Shown: positions 38,839 to 50,703 of the stretch, one piece after another
Position numbering within the stretch: the stretch's first letter is position 1
Layout of the letters: each line of letters opens with the position of its first letter
Origin: Octopus vulgaris
Lineage: Eukaryota
Direction of reading: 5' to 3'
Length of the DNA: 64,000 nucleotides
Assembly (NCBI GenBank): GCA_951406725.2
Contig: OX597816.1
Span: forward strand, 135,222,001 to 135,286,000
Translations under genes and position numbers: made by a program
The notes under the pieces: generated by a model
What the model was told of the DNA's origin: nothing
The model's database searches: none
What the model saw: only the letters and a program-made list of their open reading frames with translations

Positions 38839-39020
38839 TTATAATCATTATTGATAGCTAATAAAGACTTCTGAAGATCATTCAGACACTTTTTCTCATT
38901 CCCCTGCGAGTTATGAAAGCCGTTTGATAAATCTGAAAACGTTCGGGAAACACTGGCTCGTATTTTTTGAGTTAATCTTATTGCTTCCGCAATATTCTCC
39001 ATATTCTCGAGGTCAGCCAT
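38839..39020 (-). CDS. MED27: MED27 exon 1
   Basis: aaaATGG at 39020; MADLENMENIAEAIRLTQKIRASVSRTFSDLSNG...; AA|gtatgt, phase 2; spliced CDS 903 nt = 300 aa + stop. Confidence 0.92.
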
Positions 39021-39345
39021 TTTCACACATATAAGCTAATTGTAATTACCTTGCGCAGGCAGTTTTTTTTAGCGAAAAGGAGCTTTCTGTGAACAGCATT
39101 TTATGCCAATAATAGCTCTTTATACGAACAACGGTAGAAATCCAACTTTTTCTATTTTAAAATTTAATGTGACGTATAATAGAGTACTTCAATTAATTCT
39201 ATACGAATTTATTCTGACCCATAATTAATGAATAAAATTATAGTTATTGTCTTAGTGTGTCAAGAAGGTGAAATATCGTCAAGTGAACGCATACAATAAC
39301 TGTTTTCATATTTGTTATATTATTAATTCTGTGACCATATTTTTA

Positions 39346-39403
<58 letters not shown>

Positions 39404-39407
39404 GTAT

Positions 39408-39712
39408 GTGGCTCAGTGGTTAGAGCGTCAGGTTCACAACCATGAGTAATGCGTTCGATTCCCGGACCGGGCTGCGTGTTGAGTTCTTGAGCAAAACACT
39501 TTATTTCACTTAGCTGTAGAAATGAGTTGCGACTTCACCGGTGCCAAGCTGTATCGGCATTTTCCTTTCTCGTGGATAACATCGGTGGCATGGAGAGGGA
39601 AGGCTGGTATGCATGGGTGACTGCTGGTCTTCCATAAACAACCTTGCCCGGACTTGTGCCTCGGAAGGGAACTTTCTAGGAGCAACCCCATAGTCATTCA
39701 TGACCGAAGGGG
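39408..39712 (+). mobile_element. tRNA-derived SINE family C
   Basis: tggctcagtggttagagc A-box, gttcgattccc B-box; body matches 13649-13943. Confidence 0.82.
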
Positions 39713-39744
39713 GTTGGTGGGTATTTATGTATGTATACATGTAG

Positions 39745-42330
39745 GAATGAATGATTTGCAAACCCCTTATCAATTGTCCAGATGTCCTCTTTTATCTTAT
39801 ATTTTTCTAACCACATTAGTGTCCAGAGAGCAGCTGATTTCCTTTCCTTGTGGTCCGACGCAACAATATCTGACTGGTTTTGTTTTGACTTGAAAGCTGT
39901 TTTAATCTTTAAGTTCCATCAATATTCTTTTGACCCATCGATCTCAATATGGTCAACTTCGTTTGTAGCTGGGTTTTTTGTTATCCTGTTTTGGACTATT
40001 CTTCAGTCTTGGTTTTGCACAGCCCACATTTGTTGTCTGTCAACGTCTTCTGCTTTTTGCGTTGTAGGTGGAGATCTCTTGTTCTTGATTGCACGGAGAT
40101 AGTCAATGAGGTGGGATGTCATAAACTTATCGGTAGTCCATGCTAAGATTTCGACATTATCACTCCATTCAATGGTTTGTATTTTATGCGCCAAGTACCC
40201 ATCTACTATCTTCTCAATGAACTGGACCACTTTTTAAAATTCTGTTCTTCAGATAAATAGATTATATCAACGCTTCTTGAGGAGAGATTTGTACCAACAC
40301 TTATTTCATACCTTTCCTCAAGTTCATTGGCTATCTTAATTATGTTGCTGATTTCATGGTTAGAAACTTGGGTGAGATAGTTACTGGTCTCTTTCCTATG
40401 CTGCAGTTGTTGTTTCAGTGTCACAATGCATGCTTCATATGACATTAGTACAGATTTCAGACCACGGCCACCTTCTTACGTGGAAAGTATACCCTGTCTA
40501 TATTTCTGTTGCTGTTAAAGTTTCGTGTAATACTGAGCAGCTTGCGAGTTCGAACATCTATCTCATTGAGTTCTTGTAGTGACAAGTTCAGAAGAACTAA
40601 CGTAGGCATGAGGACAGTCACTGTAAACTTACTGTGAGCAATATGCTTGTTGTAAGCTGAGCGTTCTGATGACCATATTTCCATTACCCTCCTGTGGTAT
40701 TCATTCCTGGTCCTCTCCTTATTTATGAGTCCATCAAATCTGACATTCTCATCTTTTTCGAGATGTGTATAACTGTAGAGGTTCTATTGTCAACGCGTTC
40801 GTTATTAGACTTTCAAAGTGGGTACAACTTCTCCACATTTTATTGTTACAAATGCACATTTGAACTCACTAAATTCTATTCTGATGTTTGCAGAAAATTT
40901 GGTTATGGGATCCACTTGTTTTTTTATGTGGTCGATAAAAAAATGGAAGATACTTCTGGATCCATTTCTATGGTTATTATGTTTTGTGAGTAGGTATGAT
41001 AATGGGCTTAATGAGAGGACGAAGAGCAACACCGACAGGCTATCACCCTGAAAGATACCTTTTTAGTAATCCTGCTCTAGTTCTTTTAGCCATACAGCTT
41101 GTTTATTGAATTGATCGTTGGTTTCCCATACAGATCTTCTGTAGCCCTCAACTTCATCTTTTGTTGGACTATCTTTTACTAAGACTGAGCCTTTTACATT
41201 GAAACTGCGATAAACTGACTTGGCAAATTACTCATTGAGCATTTGCTGTTAATATGCTGTAGATTTATATTTTAGTTTTTCGGCAGTAGTTGTGAGTTGT
41301 TTCAGCTGGTGCACTTTGGAGTTTAGATTTGTGAATCCTGTATCACCAAATTGGCTCTCTAGCTTTTTTTTTCGGAGACCCTCCTGATGTTGTGTGAATT
41401 TGTTCTGTATGTTAGATGTCCTAACTACAACAATCTGTAACATACCTTTTTGTAAGAATAAAATATTATTTTGTAAGTTATGTGCTTTCTGCTTGAATCT
41501 TGACAGCGTGGTTTCAGCTCTTTGTGGTACACTAGTAATGTAATAGCTGAGATAGATATCAAAAGATTAATGGTTTTTAAGGTTGTTTTCATACTTCTGG
41601 ACTGTGTGGTTTTCAGATATCTTTTTTTTTTATTGCTATTTCGTTTACTGCCTCTACTTCAACTGGGTTCTTTACTGGTGTTGTATGGCCTGTCATTCAA
41701 ATTAAGATTGTGAACCTGTTGAAGCATATCATCCTTGATCATTTGCAAGGCGCCCACGAGTTTTTGGTGCTCTTCTGTTTGTACAATATGGGTATATATT
41801 TCAGCTGAATTGTTGATGTCTTGTTTACTGCTAGATTTAGCTGACCGTTCTGCCTGTCTGTCGATGGAAGTGAGATGATTATCTTCAACAGCTGGTTTTA
41901 TAGTGCAAGCTTGCTTTGAATCAGGCATTTCCGTTAGATGTATCAGCTTACATCTAATGGTACGTTTTGCTTGTTCATTTAAATGTTTTGATGAAAAAAT
42001 CTAATTCTGGGTGTTTGGAGTTCCACAAATTTTTTAGCTTTTGGTCAGGTTGCATACATACTTCATATAAATCTTTGTTAAGATCGTAGGTCCATTGTAT
42101 ACTGTGATTGTAGTTACGATTTGGTTGAAGGGAACTTACACATTTAGCGATGATGGTTTTGTTTATTTACTGATAATTGTATTTATTTTTCAATATAGAC
42201 AATGATCTTCTTTAAACAGTTTCTAAGTTCTGTCAGAATTAAATTTTAAGTTGTTCAAAGCTTGGGTAATCTATCCTTTCATGTTGATTGAACGGTGTTT
42301 TTTTTTAACCAGCGCATGTGTTTATCATTA
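39745..42330 (-). mobile_element. degenerate R4/Dong-like (RLE-type) non-LTR retrotransposon
   Basis: Remnants GIFQGDSLSVLLFVLSLSPLSYLL, IWSSE.SAYNKHIAH, DRVYFPRKK.GRGL, YEACIVTLKQ, WAVQNQ in several broken frames; boundaries approximate. Confidence 0.7.
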
Positions 42331-42675
42331 TTGACGTAATGACCCTCCCAAGACGCAACAAGATTTGTTTCAACACACGAGTTCACATCAAGAATCTTAC
42401 CAAATACAAAAACGAAGTACACAAACATATGTTAGGATGAAGAATACAGACATCTGTTTGAGATTTTTGATAAAAAATATTTATTTTTATCGTAAACAAA
42501 AAGATCTTGTCGTTACTACGAACGACAAACACCGAGATAGTTCGAGGCTTATTGTTCTTGGTCTAGACATGATAATAATCGGTGTCGTGAGTTTCTTGAT
42601 GTTAGCTGGTTACTGTGTGTTGCTGTCGCTGTCCTTCATAGATTGTGTGTTGTGACAGAGCTCTGACCTGCTGCT

Positions 42676-43933
42676 GGTCCTATTACCTATAAGTTGTTTG
42701 TATTGTCGTGTGAAGATGAACAAATGTATTACCAAACAGCACGAATGGCAAGTATGTGCGTGTGTGTGCACATGCATGCATTCACACACTACACACACAC
42801 ACGCACAGTCGTCTAAGAATGCAAAAGTCACAAAAATAGGCACTGACTGTCGTATTCTGTGTCCGGTCTGCCGTCTGCTCGTAGTGTCTTAAGTGCGCTG
42901 AATATATAGTGGTTGTCTTGGTCAGAAAAAGCGCGTCAAAGATGAAATTGTAGTTAGATCAGGTTTCACATGAAATCTTGAGCGGTAATATTTTTGCGAA
43001 TCACGATCATATTCTTGAGTTTTTTCTTTTTTTTTTTTGCATCGGATGTAGTGATCCGGGTTCGATTACTAAGTTAAATGTTCTGCTATACATACATACA
43101 TACATACATACATACATACATACATACATACATACATACATACATAAACACACACATCCATAAACACACACATACATACATACGTACATAAACACACACA
43201 TACATACATACATACACGCACACACATACGCACTCACACACACAGTCACGAGACGCGCGCGCGCACACACACACACACACGCACACACACAGTAATAGGT
43301 AAGTACAATCCAGGAATCCAAACGTTAGAAGTTAGTAAGCTTCAAGGATGTATGCGGCTATTATAGACGACCAGGGCCGGCTCAAGGTACCGGCAACTCG
43401 GGAAGTCGCCCGGTGTGCCATGTGCTAGGAGGCACCAAAGAGGACGTGACAAAGACAAGGAAATTTCCACGACCGTCAACTCGTGCACGCCGAAGTTCAG
43501 CTTGCCTGGGGCACCAGCAACCCTAGGGCTGGCCCTGTAGACGACAAAAGGTGGACTTTAAGATAAAACGAGTTTATTAACATCGCAAGTTCCTCATCTC
43601 GTCCCATACTGAAATCAAAAGAAATTTCGATAAGCTGGCGATGACAACTCACGTTTTAGCAACTAAGGTTGCTTAAACTGCGAATAAAGGTCCAATAAAT
43701 TAAAGTTTCATAGCAGAGCGATGCTTGTTACATATGTAGTAACATACACAGAACTAGCTTAGCGAAGTTTCGGGTCCTATTACCTATAAGTTGTTTGTAT
43801 TGTCGTGTGGAGATGAACAAATGTATTACCAAACATCACGAATGGCAAGTATGTGCGTGCACATGCATGCATTCACACACTACACACACACGCACAGTCG
43901 TCTAAGAATGCATAAGTCACAAAAATAGGCACT
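42676..43933. repeat. pair of ~165-bp direct repeats (42676-42844 and 43773-43933)
   Basis: ggtcctattacctataagttg...gtcacaaaaataggcact present twice; differences are a few substitutions and microsatellite length. Confidence 0.9.
43372..43537. mobile_element. hAT-type MITE (166 bp)
   Basis: TIR cagggccggc/gctggccctg and perfect 8-bp TSD tagacgac (43364-43371, 43538-43545). Confidence 0.9.
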
Positions 43934-43989
43934 TATATATTTGTCAATAGAATGGGTATATTAAATAAAGTATTCAGCATTTGTTTCTT

Positions 43990-44186
43990 TATTACCCACA
44001 AGGGGCTAAACATAGAGGGGACAAACAAGGACAGACAAACGAATTAAGTCGATTACATCGACCCCAGTGCGAAAGGATGAAAGGCAAAGTCGACCTCGGC
44101 GGAATTTGAACGCAGAACGTAACGGCAGACGAAATACGGCTACGCATTTCGACCGGCGTGCTAACGGTTCTGCCAGCTCGCCGCCC
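43990..44186 (-). mobile_element. tRNA-derived SINE family A (variant tail)
   Basis: Reverse ggcggcgagctggcagaacc...gttcaaattcc; near-perfect flanking duplication tatattaaa(t/c)aaagtattcag. Confidence 0.85.
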
Positions 44187-46383
44187 TATATTAAACAAAG
44201 TATTCAGTATTATAATCATCTGCTACAGCTGATCTTACCAATCGGTTTTGCACTGATTATTAAAAGGACACGCGGTTTTACTCAACCATACTCTTACCTG
44301 GTTTAAATACCCAGTGCGAAACTAATTGCTAAGATTGGTTATAATCTATAATACCTTGATTAAAATATACATATATTTGTGCGCACGCGTGGTGTGTGTG
44401 CGCACGCGTGGTGTGTGTGCGCGTGTGCGCGCGCTTAGCAAACGTGCCAGCATAACAGAGACATAAAGAGAAGGTGGAGAGACAGGAAGTTGTCTTCAGG
44501 TACTTTCAATCTTTGCAACGTAATTGCAACAGAGCGTGATTATAAATATGTATTTAATGTGTATTATAAATCAGCCTTGTGGAAAGGGCAAATAAACTGT
44601 TACTGGCGTTAAGAAATTTATATGGCAGCATAAGATTGACAACCGGAACTTAATTACAAAAGTGCAGTGTCGTTATGAATGTGTAGCGAACTCGAGTGAA
44701 CTTCCTCTCTCTATTACATTTAAGTACTTACGTACGTAACAGGTAACAGCTAACCTTTCGGCGCTGATTTGGACCCCGTTGTGTTTACCATTCTAATTGG
44801 TTGGTATTGGCGTAATTTGTCTATTACTCTATCACGCGCCAGTATGCAACCCGACCAATCACATCCTTCAAATAAGTCAGGTGAGACAGTCTGTTCCAAC
44901 AACATTTGAGCCTACCATCAGTTACAAAAGCTCACTTCCTTCTAGTCTCAATGTCTGTTGGTTCCCGACCTTCTAAGGTCTAACCACTGACCACATTGCA
45001 GCGACCGCCATCTTCGTTGCCACCATCATGTCCCTCACCAACGTCGTCAACAACATCTACACAGCACCAACACACTGCACTGGTTCTAACATATCGCTGT
45101 CCGCGAGCTTTCCTCACCAGGGTTAACAGCTAACATACAACCCACGCAATTGCATGTAGATATAGGAATAAATATCCATCAACCACTTCCATTCAGCTTG
45201 TGTATATATACGTGTGACCACAATAAACTATTTAAAGTTATCACCTTTGTTCCATGTATTTCTTTACCGGGTTCCTACCACAATAACATTACAGCCTCTG
45301 AGCGGAGTCACATTAGATGGAACAACAACCTATCCATCTAAAAATGAATGCATTTATGTAAATAACATACGATATATTTGTAGTGGATTTTGCAAGCATG
45401 AAGTGGATTCGATCCACCATAGCCAAATTTAAATTAACATTGCAACAGAAGTTTTTCCCACGATGGAACAATGGTTTTTTTCTCTGACAGCAGTTTTACA
45501 TTTTCCAGATGCCTTTAGCTAGGCCGAAATAATGTCTTCACCACTTGACCCTTTCTAACCTCTTCTACTTCACCAAAAGCTAGAATAGAGATAACAAGAC
45601 CACCAACTAAGTCTATTGTTCTCAATGATATATCTATCCTTCTAGACAGTTATAAAAGCAAGCATATCCCAAGCAAAAATCAGTTAGTCACCAGTCGGTG
45701 ACGACTGAATCAGGTTAGTCACATCGTGACGACTCTTAGGGAACGGACTGCTAGAATTATGATCACAAGGAATACCTCTACTAAATATAATGGTCAGAAA
45801 GAGAAATGAAAATTACTGTCAGCAACTGTGAGACAACACCCTACAATTCTCTCTAGCTCTAATTCTGTTCTCTTACAACAACATTCTATCGCTATCTGTG
45901 GATTACTACTAACTATGCGTATACGCCAAACTATGTAAAGAAACATTCTACCGCATCTAACTTTCTTTCGCATGCTTTTGGATTGATCATAACCTGCTCG
46001 TCGAGGCAAGATATTGTAACGTGACGGTAAATAAATATTTCCCTAAAAACTTCATGCATTGTTCATCTTTCACATCGTACAACTTGCAATAATAACAACA
46101 AATTTCTCCCGTTACAACCGCTGACTATCAACATATCATAATATTGTTTACCAATCAATTTCTCCAGCTACAAACTTCACTCGTTACATTACCAACAACT
46201 TAGTGACTCCCGAACAAGAGAATTGCAGCCTTTCTAAAAACCCTAACCGTTACATATTAAATATGCATACGTGTTTTGTCTCTGTGAAGGAGTGAAGGGG
46301 TAAGTCGCTTTACAAGGATCAATAGAACTTGTCTGAAGCGAGGGAGGTGGAGTGACGTGGGGACCGGAAGTTTTTATCTGATT

Positions 46384-46630
46384 CTGAGGACCGACTGACC
46401 CGTGCTCGACTAGCGTTGGCACGGTACCCTTCTCCGTTTCGGTCTTCGAAGGTCTCGTTCGAATACTTACTACTGTCACTGAGATCCGCACCCGCGGTCG
46501 GTTTCACCGTAGGATCACGCCGGCGGCTTCCATGCTCGCTGCTGTGCCCTCCTACTCGACCGGGTATCGGAAAATCGCCTCGCCAGCAATCGCACAATCC
46601 GTTGCCCGCCCGTTCCGGCATCGGTCGCTC
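46384..46630 (-). pseudogene. isolated 28S rRNA fragment (~250 bp, region around expansion segment D6 up to the start of D7)
   Basis: Minus strand gagtaggagggc...gggtgcggatctcagtgacagtagtaagtattcgaacgagaccttcgaagaccgaaacggagaagggtaccgtgccaac...gcacgggtcagtcggtcctcag is colinear with the conserved eukaryotic LSU core GGTGCAGATCTTGGTGGTAGTAGCAAATATTC...GGAGAAGGGTTCCATG...GGGTCAGTCGGTCCT; no flanking rDNA. Confidence 0.85.
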
Positions 46631-47045
46631 GACGAAGGAGAAGGGAGGCCAGCGCCGTGACCTTGCTAAGACCACAAAGGGAGAGTCGCTCATCCAGGTA
46701 AATGGGCGACTTTGAATTGGAACAGAAGGATAGTGATCATTAGATTAGGGGTGACGTATAAAGGAGTGAAGGGAGGCACAGGACCGGAAACTAGGGGAAG
46801 TGACGTCACGTCAAAAAATGGGGCATTTGAATAGTCTCATCATATCTACACGCGCGCGCTTATATACCTTTTATCTTTACTTGTTTCGGTCATTAGATCG
46901 CGGCCATGCTGGGGCGCCGGTATATAATTTTAAGAAGCTTGGTACTTTTTCTATCAATGTCTTTTGCCGAACTGCAAAGTTACAGGGATGTAAGCAAACA
47001 AAACGGTGGTGGAAGACATACACATCACAAAGACACACACACACA

Positions 47046-47100
<55 letters not shown>

Positions 47101-47323
47101 GCATACACACACAAATACACACACACATACGCACACGCACATATATATATACATATACATATATATAAAACAGGCTTCTTTCTGTTTCCGTTTACCAAAT
47201 CTGCTGATAAAGTTTTGGTCAGCGCAAGGCAATAGTAGAAGACACTTGTCCAAGGTACCATGCAATGGGATTAAACCCCAAACCATGTGGCAGGGAAGCA
47301 GGGTTTTTACCATACAGCTATGC

Positions 47324-47354
<31 letters not shown>

Positions 47355-47707
47355 ACTAAAACTATATGTATGTATGTATGCATATATATATATATAAATG
47401 TATATGTATATATGTACGTATATATATATATACATATATATGTATATATATATGTATATATATATGTATATATATTTGTGTGTGTGTGTGTGTGTGTGTG
47501 TGTTTCCCCCTGCCATCGCTTGACAACCGACGCTGGTGTGCTGGTATGTCCCTGTAACTTAGCGGTTCGGCAAAAGAGACCGATAGAATAAGTACTAGGT
47601 TTACAAAGAAAAAGTTCTGGGGTCGATTTCTTCGACTAACACGTTCTAAGGTGGTGCTCCAGCACGGCCGCAGTCAAATGACTGAAACAAGGACAAGAAT
47701 TAAAAAG

Positions 47708-47739
<32 letters not shown>

Positions 47740-47844
47740 TGTATGTATGCATGTGCGTATTTCTATCAATCGCAGCTGTAAAATAATTTGAGTATGCTGC
47801 ATTGTTGTGTTTTTTCTCTCTTTCTTTCCGACAAATGGTTTCAA

Positions 47845-48066
47845 TATTACGGAGATGTACTTGCATAGCAAGTGACCTGATCTGAGATCGTGTGCTGGAA
47901 CGAAAACAATTGCAGCGTGGAAGGTGTTTATAAGCCATTTAAGAAACACACAACAAACTGTTAGATTCACTTCAACATTTAAATTTAATTTGTCAAAATA
48001 TTTTCGTCGCTTTGAGACCGCGACCTGTTCACTGACAAGGCTTATAAACACCTTCCACGCTGCAAT
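47845..48066 (-). mobile_element. ORF-less Penelope-type pLTR insertion with a variant minimal hammerhead and short 5' inversion
   Basis: 9-bp TSD tggtttcaa (47836-47844, 48067-48075); 48039-48066 is the reverse complement of 47909-47936; hammerhead-like fold at 48038-47990. Confidence 0.7.
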
Positions 48067-49494
48067 TGGTTTCAACAGTTTTCGCAAAAAGATTTAGAAG
48101 AATTAGAAGAGAATTCTGCAGTAGTTTTCTTTCATGTTTATGTTCTGCGGTTATTTTCTTTCATGTTTATGTTAATTTAAGAATTTTCCAGCGAAATCTT
48201 ATAAAATGACAATGCTCTAAAAGATCTACATGTTTGTATGCTATATATGAAAATGAAGAATAAACAACCCATTTACTACTTCATCAACGAATAACAGAAA
48301 GGAACCGAGGAGAGATAATGTTTAACATTGAAAACAATGAAAAAACATAACATTTCTTGGATTTTCTAATTTCCATCTGACCGAATTCGAGAATTGCTAT
48401 AATCCCTTTGTTCGTAAAAAAGAAGAAGAAAAGAATACTAATAATTAAAGTTAAAGTTTCGGTTATTAAAGCAAATAACATCAGTTGTAAAATCCTCTGT
48501 AAATTTACAACTTCGACATTGTTGACTTTTTTCATCCCTCTGTAAATAACTCCATTGCTTGTAATGGAGTTAAACTTCGCTAGGGACCACATAGGTAATT
48601 CAGATATCAAAATAATCTCACACGTCTGTAAATCACTGATAACTTTCGATGATTACCCATGCATTAGAAAAAGACTGCCATAGTAACTTAAACATCCTTG
48701 AGCTAGAGACACAGCATCAGAATTTGCCATTATTAGAGTCTCTGGCTTCCTTTTTCTTCACTATGTATTTCATAGTGGAAGGTTAAAAATATAATCTTTG
48801 TTTCTTTATTTTCCACATAAAGGTTAATACGTTTTATTGTTTTTAATTGCTTCTAGAGATCTGTTAACTTCATACAACCCACAGTATACGTCAATAAAAC
48901 TTTAATTTATGGTTTCATATTGTTCATGTATTTACGTCGGAATATTGTGATTTATGATGCGCAAGATAAAAGGCAATACAAATAAAACTGAATAAGTATT
49001 TGAGACTCCAATATTTCAATGCATTCATATTTTTTGAAAATATTTCTTTTAAAATATACTTGCCCTGTTTTGTTTAAAATATTCTTGTATTTTAATAAAT
49101 CAGTTCTACATATAAAAATAATACATTGGAGTTATTGGAATTTAATTATATTTTTCTCGTGTGTATAGTATATATGGTAATGTGGATTTCACTTTCAAAT
49201 ATTATAGGGGTGTGCCTTTTGCAACAAAGCCCTTGCCATTCTGAAAGTTTGTACACGTCTCTGCTACGATTACCCGAAAAACAAACTCGCTCATGATACA
49301 ACTTACAGTCTTGTCAGCCAGAAATTCCTTTGGAAATTGTTATATGATTTTAAAGTATTGTTCTACCTTATCACTTTAAATTTTTTATCTGCTGCCAATC
49401 AAATGAACTTAAAATTATCGATTTCGCTATTCTAAACTGGAAATGAAATTTAATGAGACTATTATTAATTTAAGTTATTAATGTGCACATCCAC

Positions 49495-49495
<1 letters not shown>

Positions 49496-49571
<76 letters not shown>

Positions 49572-49603
49572 TATTATTATTATTATTATTATTATTATAA
49601 TAA
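49496..49603. repeat. (TAA)n(TTA)n compound microsatellite (self-complementary)
   Basis: Direct reading. Confidence 0.95.
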
Positions 49604-49970
49604 TGCCCTGATGCAGTACCAGACAGTGGCTCTCATGGCTTCTGATCTTAACTGATTGGAAGTGTTATCATGTACATTGTTTTGTCTTAGTATAAAAGAT
49701 GGGCTACAGCAAATATTCTGCTCAATACCATAGATTTGCTTGTTAGTTGTTTGACCTTAACCAGTTGACCATGTCCCTTAGTGGATGACGATATGTGCAT
49801 CTCTGATCACGAGCAGAAGTAGTGGGGGAACATCATAGCCATGTGTTAAGAGGGATTCTTTGGGGTTTGAATAATTCACCTCTGGAAACATGGATGTTTC
49901 ATTCAACATCCTTAAACAACTCTTATTCAAGGACCTTTTGAGCGGGATGGGTTACTCGACCAGAAGAAAA
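49604..49970. mobile_element. probable ~367-bp interspersed element inserted in a TAA tract
   Basis: GC-richer block bounded on both sides by taataa repeats; single copy here, so repeat status is inferred. Confidence 0.45.
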
Positions 49971-50384
49971 TAATAATAAATATCATACTCCAATCAGGAG
50001 CAAGTTAAAGATTAATGAAAACCTATTTGTTTCGCAAAAATTCAACAACAGATAAACGATTGCACGAAAAACATCGCATGAAAGCATAGTGAATTGTGTA
50101 TCATAATACTGAATACTATTCACTATCAAAATATAACAGCTGCATTAACGATGGCCACCTTAAGATATTATGCGAGGATCTAAAACGAGAATAAATTCAT
50201 TCTTTTACAAGTTTCAAGAATTCTACTTGACTCTTAAATCTGAAATTTGAGTAGTGAATACACTTCTCAAACACTAACTTGCTGATGTTTAGCAATATTC
50301 CATCTGTAACAAACCCACAATATTATTCTTTCACTCTAGTCGAGGCTATGAGTGTTCTCCATCTTAGGACTACTACTAATAATA

Positions 50385-50608
50385 ATGGTTTCAAATTTTT
50401 CCACATGGACCGTAATTTTGGAGGAGGGGATAAGTCGATTTTATCGATCCCAGTGTTTCACTGGTACTTGATTTATCGACCTCAAAAGGATGAAAGGAAA
50501 AGTCAACCTCGGCGGAATTTGAACTCAGAACGTAGCAACAGGCGAAATATCTCTAAACATTTCGTCCAGCGTGCTAACGATTCTGCCAGCTCGTCGCCTT
50601 ACTACTTC

Positions 50609-50644
<36 letters not shown>

Positions 50645-50657
50645 CACCACCACCACC

Positions 50658-50703
<46 letters not shown>
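50385..50703 (-). mobile_element. SINE family A abutting a (CTA)n(CCA)n(CTA)n microsatellite
   Basis: Reverse family A copy 50385-50600; trinucleotide tract 50601-50703. Other family A copies at ~11101-11275, 37430-37630, 51924-52130, 53940-54050, 61698-61910. Confidence 0.85.

Noticed and set aside
38724-39026. ORF-track start (GTG at 39026) and C-terminal extension for MED27 exon 1
   Set aside because: ATG at 39020 has a good context, and sequence beyond the donor at 38839 is intron; ORF-track ends of the other exons are likewise intronic read-through.
46243-46715. Three overlapping GC-rich ORFs (82-124 aa)
   Set aside because: They are open frames across the 28S rRNA-derived fragment; no protein motif or splice support.
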